Of a stretch of DNA of 64,000 bases, positions 23,994-36,672 are shown piece after piece (the first letter of the stretch is position 1; the number at the start of each line of letters is the position of its first letter). A program made the position numbers and the translations under genes. Location of the stretch: assembly GCA_965649765.1 (NCBI GenBank), contig OZ287754.1, positions 46,004,001 through 46,068,000 of the forward strand, read 5' to 3'. Source of the stretch: Bispira polyomma. Taxonomy: Eukaryota. The notes under the pieces are model-generated. The model was not told where the DNA came from. It worked only from the letters and a program-made list of their open reading frames with translations, and searched no databases.

Positions 23994-26900
23994 TAGAGGG
24001 TCCAGATCAATAATCTGACGGGTGCCACTCTGGCATTGTTGAGTAATATTTTTTATTCACTGAAATTCAAGATGGCCGACATACGGACCCCAGTATATAA
24101 ATAATGCTCATTAAATCGTTATTATTTGTCAATTGTTAAGTGTAATATAGCATTTTTTCAGGATTTTACACTCTAATACAATCCTAAAACATTTATAACA
24201 TATTAGGAAAATTCAAGATGACTACCAAACAAAACCCAGCTAAATATCTCTATGACATTGTCTTTTGTTGCAAAGTATCAATTGTAAGTGCTGCTTTTTA
24301 TATTTTAAGGAAAAAACTTTTATTTAATCACTTCAATTGTATTTTTGTGTTCTTGTAACAAATCATCCAGAATATGTTAAGAAATATTAGAGCTGACAAA
24401 CAAGCCTTAGAAGTGCGACTTTGTATTCTTGGAGCCGTCACTGACATGCATGCCGCTGATGCACAATACCACCTTGACTGTTATAAATCCTTCAGTACAC
24501 GAAAAAATGTTTCAATTGTATCATTTACCAATTCAGAAGAACAACTTGGTATAGCTTTTCAAAGTGTCAGCAATTTAGAATAATCTTGCAAAAATTTGCA
24601 TTCTATCGAACTTTATGATATCTTTTCACTGGAAATGTGTGGTGAAGAAACTGAAACTTCGGTTCAGTGTAAAAGCAACAAACATAAACAAGTATCATTC
24701 GTATAAAAGCTTGAAACCTGTTTTGGTGATAAGTAATAGTAATGAAAATCAATGGATGTGCAAAACTACTTTCTTTGAGAGATCACGTGCCTGATAATCT
24801 TAAGATTATATCTGAAAATGACAAAGGCTATAATGGAGATGTTATCAAAACTGTCTTAAGTAAAGTGAAGGAAGTACAAAAGCCTTAACACCATGACATT
24901 AATATGTTAAATCTTAGTAACACAATAGAATCTACCAGCAGTACCCTTCTGCATCTTATTAGTGGTTTAGTTTCATCAGGCACTGTTACCAGGGAATCAC
25001 TTTGTATTTCACAATCAATACAAAGTTTGATGAGTGACACATTCAATCAAACCACACTTGTCCTTGCCATCAAACTACATCACCAATTTGGGTTGAGGAA
25101 ACCCCAGATACATTTTATGCCAGTGGTTTCATTAATCTTTTGATGAGGTCCTGATATTTAAGAAATCAGCAACTGAGATGACTGACCAGGACCAGGTGTT
25201 CACAAGGACTTCATGCACAGCAACAGTCTATTAGGTACCTGGTTTGACAACTTTAATTTGAATGTTTACACCCAAAATGGCACCAGAATGTCATTGTATG
25301 GCTGTAGAGTTTACTCAACCATCACAAGATGGTGGGTTTTCAAACATCTGTATTTTCTGCCCTCTACAGTTTCTAAATTTCCTTTAGGTCCTAAAAGGGT
25401 ACTAAATGTACTATGCTGGGTTATGTAGATCAAATGGTCAAACCCCAGTAGAAAGCTACATCTTGTTGTATGTTGTGGTGGGATGCACACAATTATGTCT
25501 TTCATAGGCTGCATTGGTACCCTGATGGCAAGCACTGGTCTGGAAGAGATTGTGGAAGGGACATACAAAGGTGTCACAAACATGATACTGGGTGAGTCAT
25601 GTCCAAAAGCTGTGTGGGGTCTGTGAATGGTTGTTGAAGTCCTTCTTGAATCATTTGTAAAATCTGGCAACATAGGCCTAGACCAAATGGAAGAAGTCTT
25701 TTTCAGTGCAAGACTCTCACAAACTGGCCGTTTATGATTGGACTTTATAATAGATCCAGTTATTATTATTATTCTCCTTTTTATCAGAGCAGAGAGAGAG
25801 AGAAGGTGACTAGTTGCCACACTTGTACAGCTTAAAAAGAATGCTGCCATAATTTTTTGCTGCTTCTCATTTGAACTACACACGATATATCGAGTGGCAT
25901 CTTTGGAAATGTCTGTTCTTCCTCAAGGTATAAATAGTGGAGGTGGACCATGTGTGCCGCCATAAAAAAAGAGGTGTGGAATACTTTTTTTATGGATCAA
26001 TTTGAAAGCAAACATACATTAAGGGTGGGAAATGTTTTCTCTGGTGTATGACATTATGTATAAGGAGTACCCTGAGGATCCAATCCAGAAACTCACAAGG
26101 AAGACAGGCAACGGCGAAAGCAAAAACAACTAGATAGTAAAATCTCTGCAGCAGTTAACAAATGCACAAATCCACTGTGAACTAAAGAACAAGATCCAGT
26201 TAATATTTGTTGTGACAGGCCATGTGGCCCTAGAGATAGTAAATATGGGCAATGCACTGGCCATTTGTGAATCAATGGCAGTCAGTTTAGTTTTACCCTT
26301 CCGGAAGGTTTTTTTTCACTTTTAAGAAAAAGTGTGACAACAATGGAAGTTGACTTCCGGTTTGGCTGCAGCGGCTTGTAAATTCTAGTCTTTTTTATAC
26401 CCACGTTTTGGCTTTGTTTTACTCAAAAATCATCCTCACATGTTGGTTTTTCTATTTTTATGCTTAGTCTTCCTACAACATCTTTTATTTTTGATTTTGG
26501 GGTTATACTGAAAACTATTCCCTATTATCGACCATCACCACTATATATTGTTTCCTGTTTTTTGTGCTTGGTATCCCTTTTTCGGTACCATCATGTTTAC
26601 TTCAAGTGCTAATTACACCTTTTGTACCCTACGCAATATTTTATTTCTTGTTTTTCTCCAAATTACTTTGTTTTTACTTCTACCTGTGTTCAATATTGTT
26701 TTTCACTCCTCCCCTACAATATGTATGCCATTAGAGATGCCATCTTGTATGTGTCCTTCCTTACCTTTTGTTACCGTAACAACTTAAAACTATCTGATAC
26801 AATGTCAAAGCAGTACCACCTGGAAGATGTTAATTTGTCTTACAATCCTGTCCCACGCTTCTCGTCCCTTCATACACAGTTATTTTCAATCTAAAATTTG

Positions 26901-29270
26901 TCCAGTCAGTTACATACCAAAGGCTAAGCATTCAAACTCATTACTATCCTACTGCAGGTGATATCGCAAGTAACCCTAGCCCAATCCAGTTCGGATTTGG
27001 AAATGGCCGCTCATTGCGGAATAAAGGCCCTGTCATAGCCGATAGATTCTGTGATGATTTTAATATCCACTTAGACACAACATCTAGTAATAGTAATCGC
27101 TTCTCTACTCTTCTAGAATCTTGCAACCTTATCCAACACATAAACATCCCTACCCATATTCATGGGCATACACTAGACTGCCTGCTAACTCATACTGATT
27201 TTAATGGTATCAGAAATGTAAAAAAACATCGGTTGCATCAGCGATCATTTCTCAATATCCTGCAAACTTGATGCTCCCTCCCTGCAATCTTTTGCTGTCA
27301 GACAAATCACTTTTCGTCAATTTTATAAAATCAATATGTCAGACCTTAGACAAGAGTTGTCCGATATGGCCTTCGTCAAGTCTCCTGCCGATAATGCAAT
27401 AGATCTTTACACGCAGTACTGGGACGATGTACAATCTCTCCTAGAATGCCATGCCCGGGTTTTGAAGATGCTGCATAGACAAGCTGAATGGACATGGCGC
27501 CGAAACAAAACTACCGCAAACAGATCGTGACTACGCCAATGTATCACCAGGTGCAATAACACCATCAATGATGCCAAACGTGTATACTACACCAACATGA
27601 TCACAGAAAGCGAGGGCGACTCAAAGAAACTCTGGGAGAAATTAAACAGCACCCTACAACAGAAAAAACAGACTATACTACGAACATTTTCAGTACATTT
27701 TTTACTGAAAAGATTAGCAGAATCCGTGATAGCTTTATATCAGTTGCCCCAAATGCTCCTTTACCATCAGCTCCACCAACCATCTTCAACCGTTTCTCCA
27801 CAGTAACTGTTGATGAGGTCAGAAAAATTGTACTTATATCACCCGTAAAATCTTGCTTGTTAGATCCGTAGCCTACATTTCTTGTTAAGGAATGTATTGA
27901 CATTTTATTGCCCTCAATCACCAACCTCTTGTTAACCTCTCATTGGTCAATGGCGTCTTTCCAAATGATCTTAAAAAAGCAATTGTCACTCCTTTAATAA
28001 AAAAATCCTCTCTTCGCTGATTTGAAAAACTACCATTCTGTCTCAGGCCTTTGCTATATCTCTAAGTTGGTTGAATGCGTGGTCATCTTACAGATCAAAC
28101 AACATTTCGACGTTAGTAATCTATGCAATAAGTATCAGTCAGCGTACAGAAGTGGTCATTCTACGGAGACTTCACTACTCTGCATCAAAAATGACGTTCA
28201 TATAACTTTATCTAAAGGTATGCCTACTGCCTGGATCTGTCGGCGGCATTTGATACTATTGATCACAAAGTTCTCCTTGAGTGCCTATCATCTTGGTTTG
28301 GTATCAGCGTTACTGCACTTAGATGGTTCACGGCGTATTTGTCTCATAGATTCCAATCTGTCAAAATTGGCAACATCTTGTCAGACCCTGCATAGTTAAA
28401 ATTTGGGATTTCCACCATAGCCATCATAACCATTCCGGTAGTCTATCTGGTTACGACCACCATCCGTCCCCCATTTTCTGATTTTTTTAATTAATGCTTA
28501 GGTTAGTTGCGCCTTAGAATTTATTGTACGAAGATTAAGTGCTATAAAAGTATGACTGGATTAGATTATCTTTCTCCGGTGTCTTTATCTTTTTTTGATG
28601 AATATGGGGACATGAGAAATGAAGCAAAACATATTTTATTGAGAAAATTGGCAAACCCTATGTTGCCAGTAGATTTAAAAATTATAGATGGTAATGAGGC
28701 ATTATACCATGTGGTTTGGCCCAAAATGAACTCTGCAAAAAACTTTAATGATTTATTTATGCATTCCTTTTTAAGGAAACACATCACTTATGTTATTTTT
28801 GACAAATATCAGCCAAATTCAACTAAAACTTATGATTGAAGCAGGCGTGCTGGTGGAACTGTCCCACAACATAACCTAAATATTGATACACCTGCGAGAT
28901 GTCATTATGAAGAGTGACTTCAACTAGAAGCAGTTAATCAACCCTTTTTTCCAGTTGCAAAACTGAACACTCTTCTGCACTTCATCGGTAAATATCAGTG
29001 CCGTTTTAAGCATGAGGAAGCACATGTTAATATTATTAGCGACATTAAGATACAAATCTCAATGAAAAATAACGACAGAAAGATCAAAAATATAAATGAA
29101 TCTGTTGGCCTCCATGTATTAACAAGTTGTAACAGTGTTTCATGAATTTGTTGCCCTCCATGCATTAACAGGTTGTGACAGTGTTTCATATCCTTTTGGA
29201 AAAGGAATAATCACAGCATTTAATCGCCTCATAAAGTCCAAGGTCAGTCTAAAGAGAATGTGTGCAGCTT
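23994..29270 (+). mobile_element. Degraded Academ(X)-like DNA transposon (transposase + XPG/PIN-like nuclease), interrupted by an L2
   Basis: Fragments DMHAADAQYHLDC (24374-), GGMHTIMSFIGCIGTLMASTGLEEI (about 25478), LSPVSLSFFDEYGDMR, IIDG..VIFDKY, HEEA, HALTGCDSVSYPFGKG (about 29160, H3TH-like). Possible 5' TAG terminus at 23994. No right TIR found. Confidence 0.7.
26352..28568 (+). mobile_element. Internally deleted L2-clade LINE retaining both ends
   Basis: 5' GACTTCCGGT. APE endonuclease motifs (NGRSLRNK, DDFNIH, PTHIHGHTLD). RT N-half (KSCLLDP, YQSAYR..HSTETSLL) jumps from LKFG straight to FPP-stop. 3' tail GCGCCTTAGAA..TAAGTGCTATAAAAGT. Confidence 0.88.
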
Positions 29271-31110
29271 GTAAGTAGAGTATTATCTAGTTCTTAAAGT
29301 GTTTATCATTTCTGAATCAGTAAGGCCAAAAGTAAGCGAACGTCTTCATACCGAAACTGTAAATTATATCTTATAAAGGACTTGGGAAAGCCTTTAAAAT
29401 TATTTTCTATTTATTTTCTATTATTCTACATGTAGTGGTGAATTATTTGGGCTTCTCAGAAATTTGCGGGCGAGTTCAAATTATACTGTACGGCACAAGT
29501 TGCATCCGAACAGGATATTTTGTAAGACCTTGTCTGGACAAATTTAGATTGGTTTTAACATCGTTTTCAACAGGTTTGCTCTTATATTACTATGGGCAGT
29601 TTACTGATGGAAAAAATGAAAGCAGGGTACAGTTGGTTAAGCATCAAGCCCAACAATTGCAAAAGTGGGAGGCAAATGTAATACACCAGCAAGGCCACAC
29701 CTTGTCAGGATGATGGTCACTAAACAGCCCAACAGTCCAACTGCCTGATATGGTGAATGACAAGACCCTGACAGCCATAATTGGACAGGTTTAGTATGTA
29801 TAGGCCGCATATGTGATTGAAACAATAGGGTCTGAACTGAAGCAGGTATAATCCCAGCAACAACACAATGACCTGTTGTATATATACAAGCTGTAGATAT
29901 AATACTATGCTATTTATATACATGCCTTTGGTTACAAAAGTATTGTTGTGTTACGTAGTATCGATAGTCGTCTATTATCGACGATTGCGTAAGAATACAT
30001 TGTAGTTTAAACCATGTGCTTTTATTTTTAATAAAATAATATGACGGAAAAAAAGAATCTCGATTTCAATGTTGGAACATCTATTGCGTAGTTTCAATAT
30101 TTTATTATCATTAGCTTTGCAATTAAATAAAAAAATGGTTAAAATATATGTATTTTACTTGATGGTCGTATAATTTTGCCATATAAAGCCACATTGCCGA
30201 AAAATTAATAACTCATAAACTACTGAAGCTAAAAATTTGGTTGACATATGGTGAAAAAGCTCGTTTCATTATGGTTATTGTCCTTTTTGTAATATCAAAA
30301 TCCGTTGAGCCATTTTTATATTTGTTTATCTTTACTTTCGAACTGTCACAGAGTGTGCCATCTAGCGAGTACTTGGAAAACTAGAGAACACGTGGTTATT
30401 AAGTTATTTCATTGCTAAAAAATATAAACGTACATTTAAGATCCTTCTTCAAACAAATATGTTTATTATTTATTATAAGTCAATTTGCAAACCGGAAATG
30501 AGGTTACTTAAATTTATATCTCTTATTTGGAAGTTGTTTTGCTGTGCTGAGTAAAAGATATGCATACGCAATTTCATTTGCATAAAAAAAGATATATTTG
30601 TGTAATATTTACTCAAATAAATGGTTGCAGCTCGTCGATAACCAGTGACTGTTTTTATTTTCAGAAAGGAAATACACTAACTAATAAATGGTTTCAAATA
30701 TGTTTATTAACAGAAATAATCAACGATTTTTACGTTAAAATAAGGAAAACAATATTTCTTTTAATCTGGTACCATATTTAGATACTGACGGCGGAAGAAA
30801 ATCCATAAAATGCAGTAATTTGCCTTATACCGTCGGAAACCAGTAACACAAGGATACAGCAGAACTTTTAATATGTTAGGTGAGCAACATTATGTTCGGA
30901 TATGAGAATGTTCATTAAATAGATGAGGCATTTTAGTACCAAAAAATAGGAAAACATAAATTTGAATGTTACGATAACGGAAGTTTGGACAATGGAGGTT
31001 CTACTCTATTACAATGTGACCCTAAAGCTATGATACAACTCGTTAAAAATACACTTTCAAGTGATACTTTCTATCACAGTATATATATTAATGCTGTGGT
31101 GTTGTCCAGT

Positions 31111-31407
31111 TTATTTCTTTGGTTTCGTGTAGATATCTTTCCCTTCGGCGAGCTTAAATATATCAGCATTGTTAATAAGGGTCCACTTGGCCTCAGTAGG
31201 TCTCACCGTATCGTTAACCATGGCTTTGGCCAGTGTTTCAATAGGCGTTGTTGTAGATGTAGGCGATAGCCACTTGACAGGTGTGAGTACGACTCTCAGA
31301 CACTTCTCTCCAAAACGCTGTTCTTCGCGGTCTACCCACAGGAAAGCTGGTCTATAGATAGACAATCTGTCAAACCCAACACTCTTCAGTTTCTCCTCAA
31401 CTTGACC
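31111..31407 (-). CDS. HTATIP2: HTATIP2/TIP30-like oxidoreductase, last coding exon (4 of 4)
   Basis: Acceptor ttaacag|GGT. GQVEEKLKSVGFDRLSIYRPAFLWVDREEQRFGE..TLAKAMVN..IFKL to stop TAA at 31111-31113. Confidence 0.92.
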   Translation of the reverse strand, partial: GQVEEKLKSVGFDRLSIYRPAFLWVDREEQRFGEKCLRVVLTPVKWLSPTSTTTPIETLAKAMVNDTVRPTEAKWTLINNADIFKLAEGKDIYTKPKK

Positions 31408-32329
31408 CTGTTAACAAAAGAATTATTATCATTTAGCAGGACATTACCAGTACATGTAGATTATTATGCCAATACAGCGTAGAGAATTCACCCCCTAAAA
31501 TCCTAAGCAGATTTCCGCACTTTGAAATCTTAGTATTTATTGACTTCTGTGGTGAATGTTGGGTATGTGTAGCACGTACTATGTTTATGCCCTAGTTATA
31601 GTTGACAAGATTTTATTATCTTTCTTTGTACTCTGTAAAAAACCCAAATTTTCAGTTAAGGCCTTGACGTTGATTGCTAACTGGTGGTTTTAGATGGGAA
31701 TCCCTGTGCGACTCAAAAATAACTGTCGGTCCTTTGCATACTTTGTGGGATTACTATGCGACCGGCTAATTGCAGCAAACGTGCAGGCATCCTTATTATA
31801 ACTCGCATAAGTGTGAGTGAGGCTTAAGGAGGCGGGAAATTTTATAACCATTAGCATAAGCATTCACAGATAAGAAAAGGAAAATGAAAAGTCTCTGCAA
31901 ATACTGGGTCAAAAATAATATTGATTTAGCACGTCCCAGGACATTAGCGACCCTCGGACTTTCAAACCCTAGTTGTTCCCTTCATGAATCATTATCACTA
32001 CTTGGGTCATAACGGCCCTTGGTGTAATACTGATTCATGTCAGGCTGTTAGAAACCCATAATGCCCTACAAAAATAATGTGATTGATATACACTATTATT
32101 AGCAACTGCAGATGCAAATTGTATTGAGTTTACTGTAAATTAGTTTATAAAATTATTGTGATGTAATATTATGAACCACAAATGCAAACTATGCATTATC
32201 ATTAACTCTTTCGACCTCAAAAGAAAACAATCGTCGGAAAGTGAAAGAAATTTTTTGGGCAATGGGTCATAGAAGGGACTAACAATTTCCTATTGCGAGA
32301 CACTGAAGGTACTGCTTGCCAACTGACAC

Positions 32330-32612
32330 TGGTTCTAATCTGATCTACTGCTTTGCAGGTGCAATATCTTCCCCGCAAAGGGAACTCAGTGCGCAAAATG
32401 AAACAAAAAAATAATCCAAAATCATAGTCAAAGGACGCAACAGGTCAGTAATCCAGGGTTGTCGGTGTGATGGAGGGAAGTGGTAGGTACGGAAGGCAGA
32501 TTTGAAGAGATGAGTCTTCAGGTGCTTCCTAAAAGATGTTACTGACAGACTGGTTCTTATATGAAGGGGAAGAGATTTCCAGAAATTAGGTGCATAGTGG
32601 CCAAAAGATTAA
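32330..32612 (-). mobile_element. L2 LINE extreme 3' fragment (intron 3 of HTATIP2)
   Basis: Minus strand SFGHYAPNFWKSLPLHIRTSLSVTSFRKHLKTHLFKSAF plus a GCGCACTGAG tail. Confidence 0.8.
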
Positions 32613-33169
32613 AACAAACACAGTTTTACTGTAATTTATCCCCAGCTCACCTGCTATACTAGTAGAGTTAAACCAGGTGAACATATTTAAGTTGAATCTA
32701 GATGGACCAAAGTAAATTGCTTTATTCATTTATGCTTTATTTAAACCTGGCTATGTTTTTTGGAATTATCTATTGGTTATTTGATTCTGTTGTTTAACGT
32801 TAAAAATGCAAAATACATACAATTTATTCATGATTTTCATTTACCAGCGACAACATTACAAAGAAAATGCCTCTGTAGGGCAACATATTCTAAATAAATG
32901 GAAATTAATAAGCAGAGTCCTTCATGAATATTGCATATTTAATATGGCAAAGAAGAGTACAGTTCAAAAGGAAATGCAAATTAAAGTGCAAGATACATGC
33001 AGACAATAGTTTAATCAGAACATAACTTCACCGAACCGAACTTGCAGCACTACTTATAATATTGAAGCATTTATGGACCACCAAATTGATAAGAACATCC
33101 TCAAGGCACTGATATGCAAAAAGGGAAGGTCCAAGGCCAAACAAAAAGCTTTTTACCAATCAGGGAAAA

Positions 33170-33565
33170 AACTAAGGAGAGGGGGGAGGGTGTAGACCAG
33201 TCTGAAGAGATATGTTAAACCAGTGATTGTGTCTTGTGATCTAATAGATTGTGGAAGTTTTTCCGTTCAACAGGAGCGGCCGCGACAGCGAAAAAGCACT
33301 TGCCAAAATTTGTGGAAGCTTTTTCCATTCAACAGGAAAAGTGACAGCAAAGCAGCGCCTGCCAATTGTGTAGAAGCTTTTTCCATTTAACAGGAAAAGT
33401 GACAGCAAAACAGAACCTGCTAATTTTCCCATTAGGTCTGGTTGAGGAAATGGAGAGGCGATTTCCCCTAGTATGGCTACTAGACTTAACGAGTGAGGAC
33501 ATATAAGAAGGTTGTTTCAGTTTGATAGCTTTGAACACAAGAAGGTTGTATTTAACAAGAGGAGA
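33170..33565 (-). mobile_element. L2 LINE 3' fragment with a locally triplicated ~60-bp segment
   Basis: KYNLLVFKAIKLKQPSYMSSL..TRGNRLSI..CFAV..P.EW.KLP. Repeat units start near 33249, 33310 and 33368. Confidence 0.7.
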
Positions 33566-34399
33566 ATGGCCTGGCGGCCATATCATGATAATGCCACTAC
33601 AAAGCATGTTACTGATGAGTCTGGAAATAGTGAACCAGTCATTAGTTAGCGATGACTTTTCCTTTAAATATCCGAAAATCGTTTTCAAGATGGCGGCCGT
33701 GGCAAAATATTTTGTAAACGTGAACTCTAGAACTTTATTGTATCGTAGAACCCGCTAGGTGGGCTTGGGGTGACTTTCAAAATGTCTGATATAAACAATT
33801 TTTTAAAAATGTGTACATCTCAGTGAGTATGAGATAGAATTTAATTTTGTAAAAATTTCAAAAAGTGTATAAATTACTCTTTATTGTCATAGGAATCTTA
33901 AAATTGTAGCTTTACTGTTAAATTTATTAATTTTTAGATGTAGAAATGTTCGAGATCTGCCTTTGAAAATTGCTGTCTTGACTTCTGGGGTCAATTTTGC
34001 ATCTTAGCGAGAATAAATTAGGAAAAGGATATCGATCGCGTCACTGCACTTGCTCGGAAGATCACGTGTGCTTCCTCTGTACTACACTTTCATTCACAAA
34101 TATAACACAAACAGTCAGTGACAGCTAGCTGTCACATATCTCGAAGTGGCCGAGAGAACAAACCAACAGACAAAACTGAATGGGTACACAATTTATCAGT
34201 AAAATAGTGTATCCCCATAAAAAGGGGCATCCTCTGTCAATGAAATGGAGTGAGGTATATGAACATAGTAATTGTTTTGTGTCTGCAAACTTGTTACACA
34301 CATGTAATTAGTAGGCCTGTTACTAATCTGAGCCAATGTTTTATCCGATTATGGAAGAGTTAGGAAACCATAAACATCACCATCCCCATTGACAATAAA

Positions 34400-35120
34400 A
34401 GATGGATCAGCCCCAAAATTTAGCCAAAATCGCTCTATCTCGCACCGTTTTCGAGATATTAAGGATTTTTCATTTTCTTTGTTGAGATATTAGGATTTTT
34501 GCATAATTTTAAAAATTTTGACTTTTTTAAAAAATTTAAAATTTTTTTTAAAACTTTTGAAAATTTCGACTTTTTGGAAAATTTTTTAATTTTTGAGTTT
34601 TTAAAAAATTTTAATTTTTAAATTTTTTAAATTTAGAATTTTTTTTTAATTTTTGGGCAAGTTGCTGAGTTTTGGGTTAGTGAGTACACCCTCTGGGCCC
34701 AAAATTCAGCCGATATCACTCTATCTTGCCCGTTTCCGAGATATTAAGGATTTTTCATTGTTTCGAAAAAGCCTTGATGTTTAATTAATCGTTAATAAGA
34801 CAGCCATTTTGTATAGGATCACTTCCCAAAGTTATCTACTTCCAGACATCTATACGAGAAACCTACTTGCCAAATTTCATGAGAATAGGTAAAGCGCTTT
34901 TTAAGTTATCATCCGGACAAGCACACCCCTTTAAAAAACGTGTTTTTGGTCATGTGACTTCTCTGATTGGTCAGAATGTGATGACACCATATTCAGTAAC
35001 CCTGGGAAAAAATTTTGAATATGGTGTCATCACATTCCGACCAATCAGAGAAGTCGCATGACCAAAAATGCGAAAATTTTTCTCCTATATACAAGCAAGC
35101 ATCCTTACAGGACGCTTAAT
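34400..35120 (+). mobile_element. Non-autonomous element (HINE/MITE-like) with internal direct repeat, A/T-tract low complexity and a long hairpin
   Basis: Direct repeat CCCAAAATT.AGCC..CGAGATATTAAGGATTTTTCATT (about 34411 and 34698). 53-bp inverted repeat at 34943-35068. Terminal small hairpin AAGCATCC..GGACGCTT. Confidence 0.55.
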
Positions 35121-36269
35121 AATTTTAGTCACACTTAGTACTTACTTGAATCCTTTAATAATCAAAATCACAAAAGGTAAATATAATTGCACTCAGCTAA
35201 AAGGGCTTATAAGTTATATGCTTATACAGACAAACCCCTTTAAGTAGAACTCTATTAGGTGGAATTCCCTATTAAGTAGAACCACATTTATGGTCCCATC
35301 TGTGCGATTTATATTAAATTATACACTGTTAAGTGAAATTCCTGCTTAAATAAAGGTATTTCCTGTGGTAGTTTAAGGTTTACAACTGTAATTATAATAC
35401 ATGTATATAAATAGTCAGAGAATAAATTTATTTGTTTCCAGGGGATACATTATTTTGCAAGGGGATACAAAAGTTTGGCAAGCCCCCTTGCCATATTTTG
35501 TATCCCAACACACTTTTTTTGCGCTACACCGGTACACTTAGTTTAATTATGATTGTTACCAAACAAAAAAAAAAAAATTCCTGCCATAAAACCATCCATT
35601 ACTGACCCCATTATGGTTTATTCATATTGTGACACATATAGCTTCTGTCATTTTTATCCTTTAAAATACTCCAGTTGACCTGTATGTAATATATTGGGTT
35701 TACCATATATTTTTTCTCAGCTTGATACAGTAAGGAATCTAAAATTTGCTCCTGTATCTATAATTCGCCATCCCCAAAATTTAAGCCAAATTAATAAAAA
35801 CTGGTAAAAAATAACTGATAAGGAAGGCAAATTAGTCACAAAAATATCAATTAAAGCAAATATTAACAAAAATTCTACCCAAAACAACATTTTCAAGGTG
35901 GCGAATTTCAGATGGTGGAAAATTTTATATTTCTTACAACACAACCACCCATCAACCAAAGTATGTATACATATATGTTATATATCTTCCCAAACCTAAT
36001 GTTTGTCATATATATATTCTCCCATTTGAAATAGGTGGTAATAGACCCTTCAATCAAATCTGAGGATCCCAATATATAAAAACTTAAAACTTCTAGTATA
36101 CTGCATATAATCACACCAAATTAATTTTGGACCAACTACAGACTAAAAAGTGTATATAAACCAAATATAAGAGCACAAATCCCTACAGATTCAGAGATTA
36201 CCCTGTGGACACGTCGTAACCATGCGTAACCAAGGCTCTTCGACTTAACCCCCCTCTTTCTCCAGGAAA

Positions 36270-36305
36270 GCATGATTATGCCAATAAGCATTGGCATAAT
36301 CATGC
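36270..36305. repeat. Perfect 16-bp stem hairpin
   Basis: GCATGATTATGCCAAT-AAGC-ATTGGCATAATCATGC. Confidence 0.9.
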
Positions 36306-36465
36306 AAAAAGAAGACGCTCATTTTACAGGTAGCCAGTTTGGTAACCAGTTAAGAGTTTGTTTAAATATGGTGTGACATAGCTAAATTGGCCACTTGGTA
36401 CAAAATATGGCAGAGGGTGTTTTGGACTCTCTGGAGCTTGGTTACATACTTAAAAGCAACCTAAC

Positions 36466-36603
36466 CTTTATTTTTGTATAATAAATCCAGCTGTTTTGAT
36501 TTGCACCCTGAGACGATACCAAATGGAAATGTTGGCAGCCTGCAGATTTGGAGACGTTGGCTGCACTCATAATGTAGTCGTGATCTACTTTATAGAAACC
36601 ATC
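36466..36603 (-). CDS. HTATIP2: HTATIP2-like, coding exon 3 (missed by the ORF track)
   Basis: tttcag|GAT...AAG|gttagg, 138 bp, phase 0. DGFYKVDHDYIMSAANVSKSAGCQHFHLVSSQGANQNSWIYYTKIK contains the SDR Ser and YxxxK. Confidence 0.93.
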
Positions 36604-36646
36604 CTGAAATAACAACAATTCTAGTCTACACCATTGGTTTTAGGAC

Positions 36647-36672
36647 TATATATATATATATATATATATATA
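36647..36672. repeat. (TA)n microsatellite
   Basis: Direct reading. Confidence 0.9.

Noticed and set aside
25311-25883. 190-aa minus-strand ORF
   Set aside because: Antisense shadow of the plus-strand Academ-like transposase remnant.
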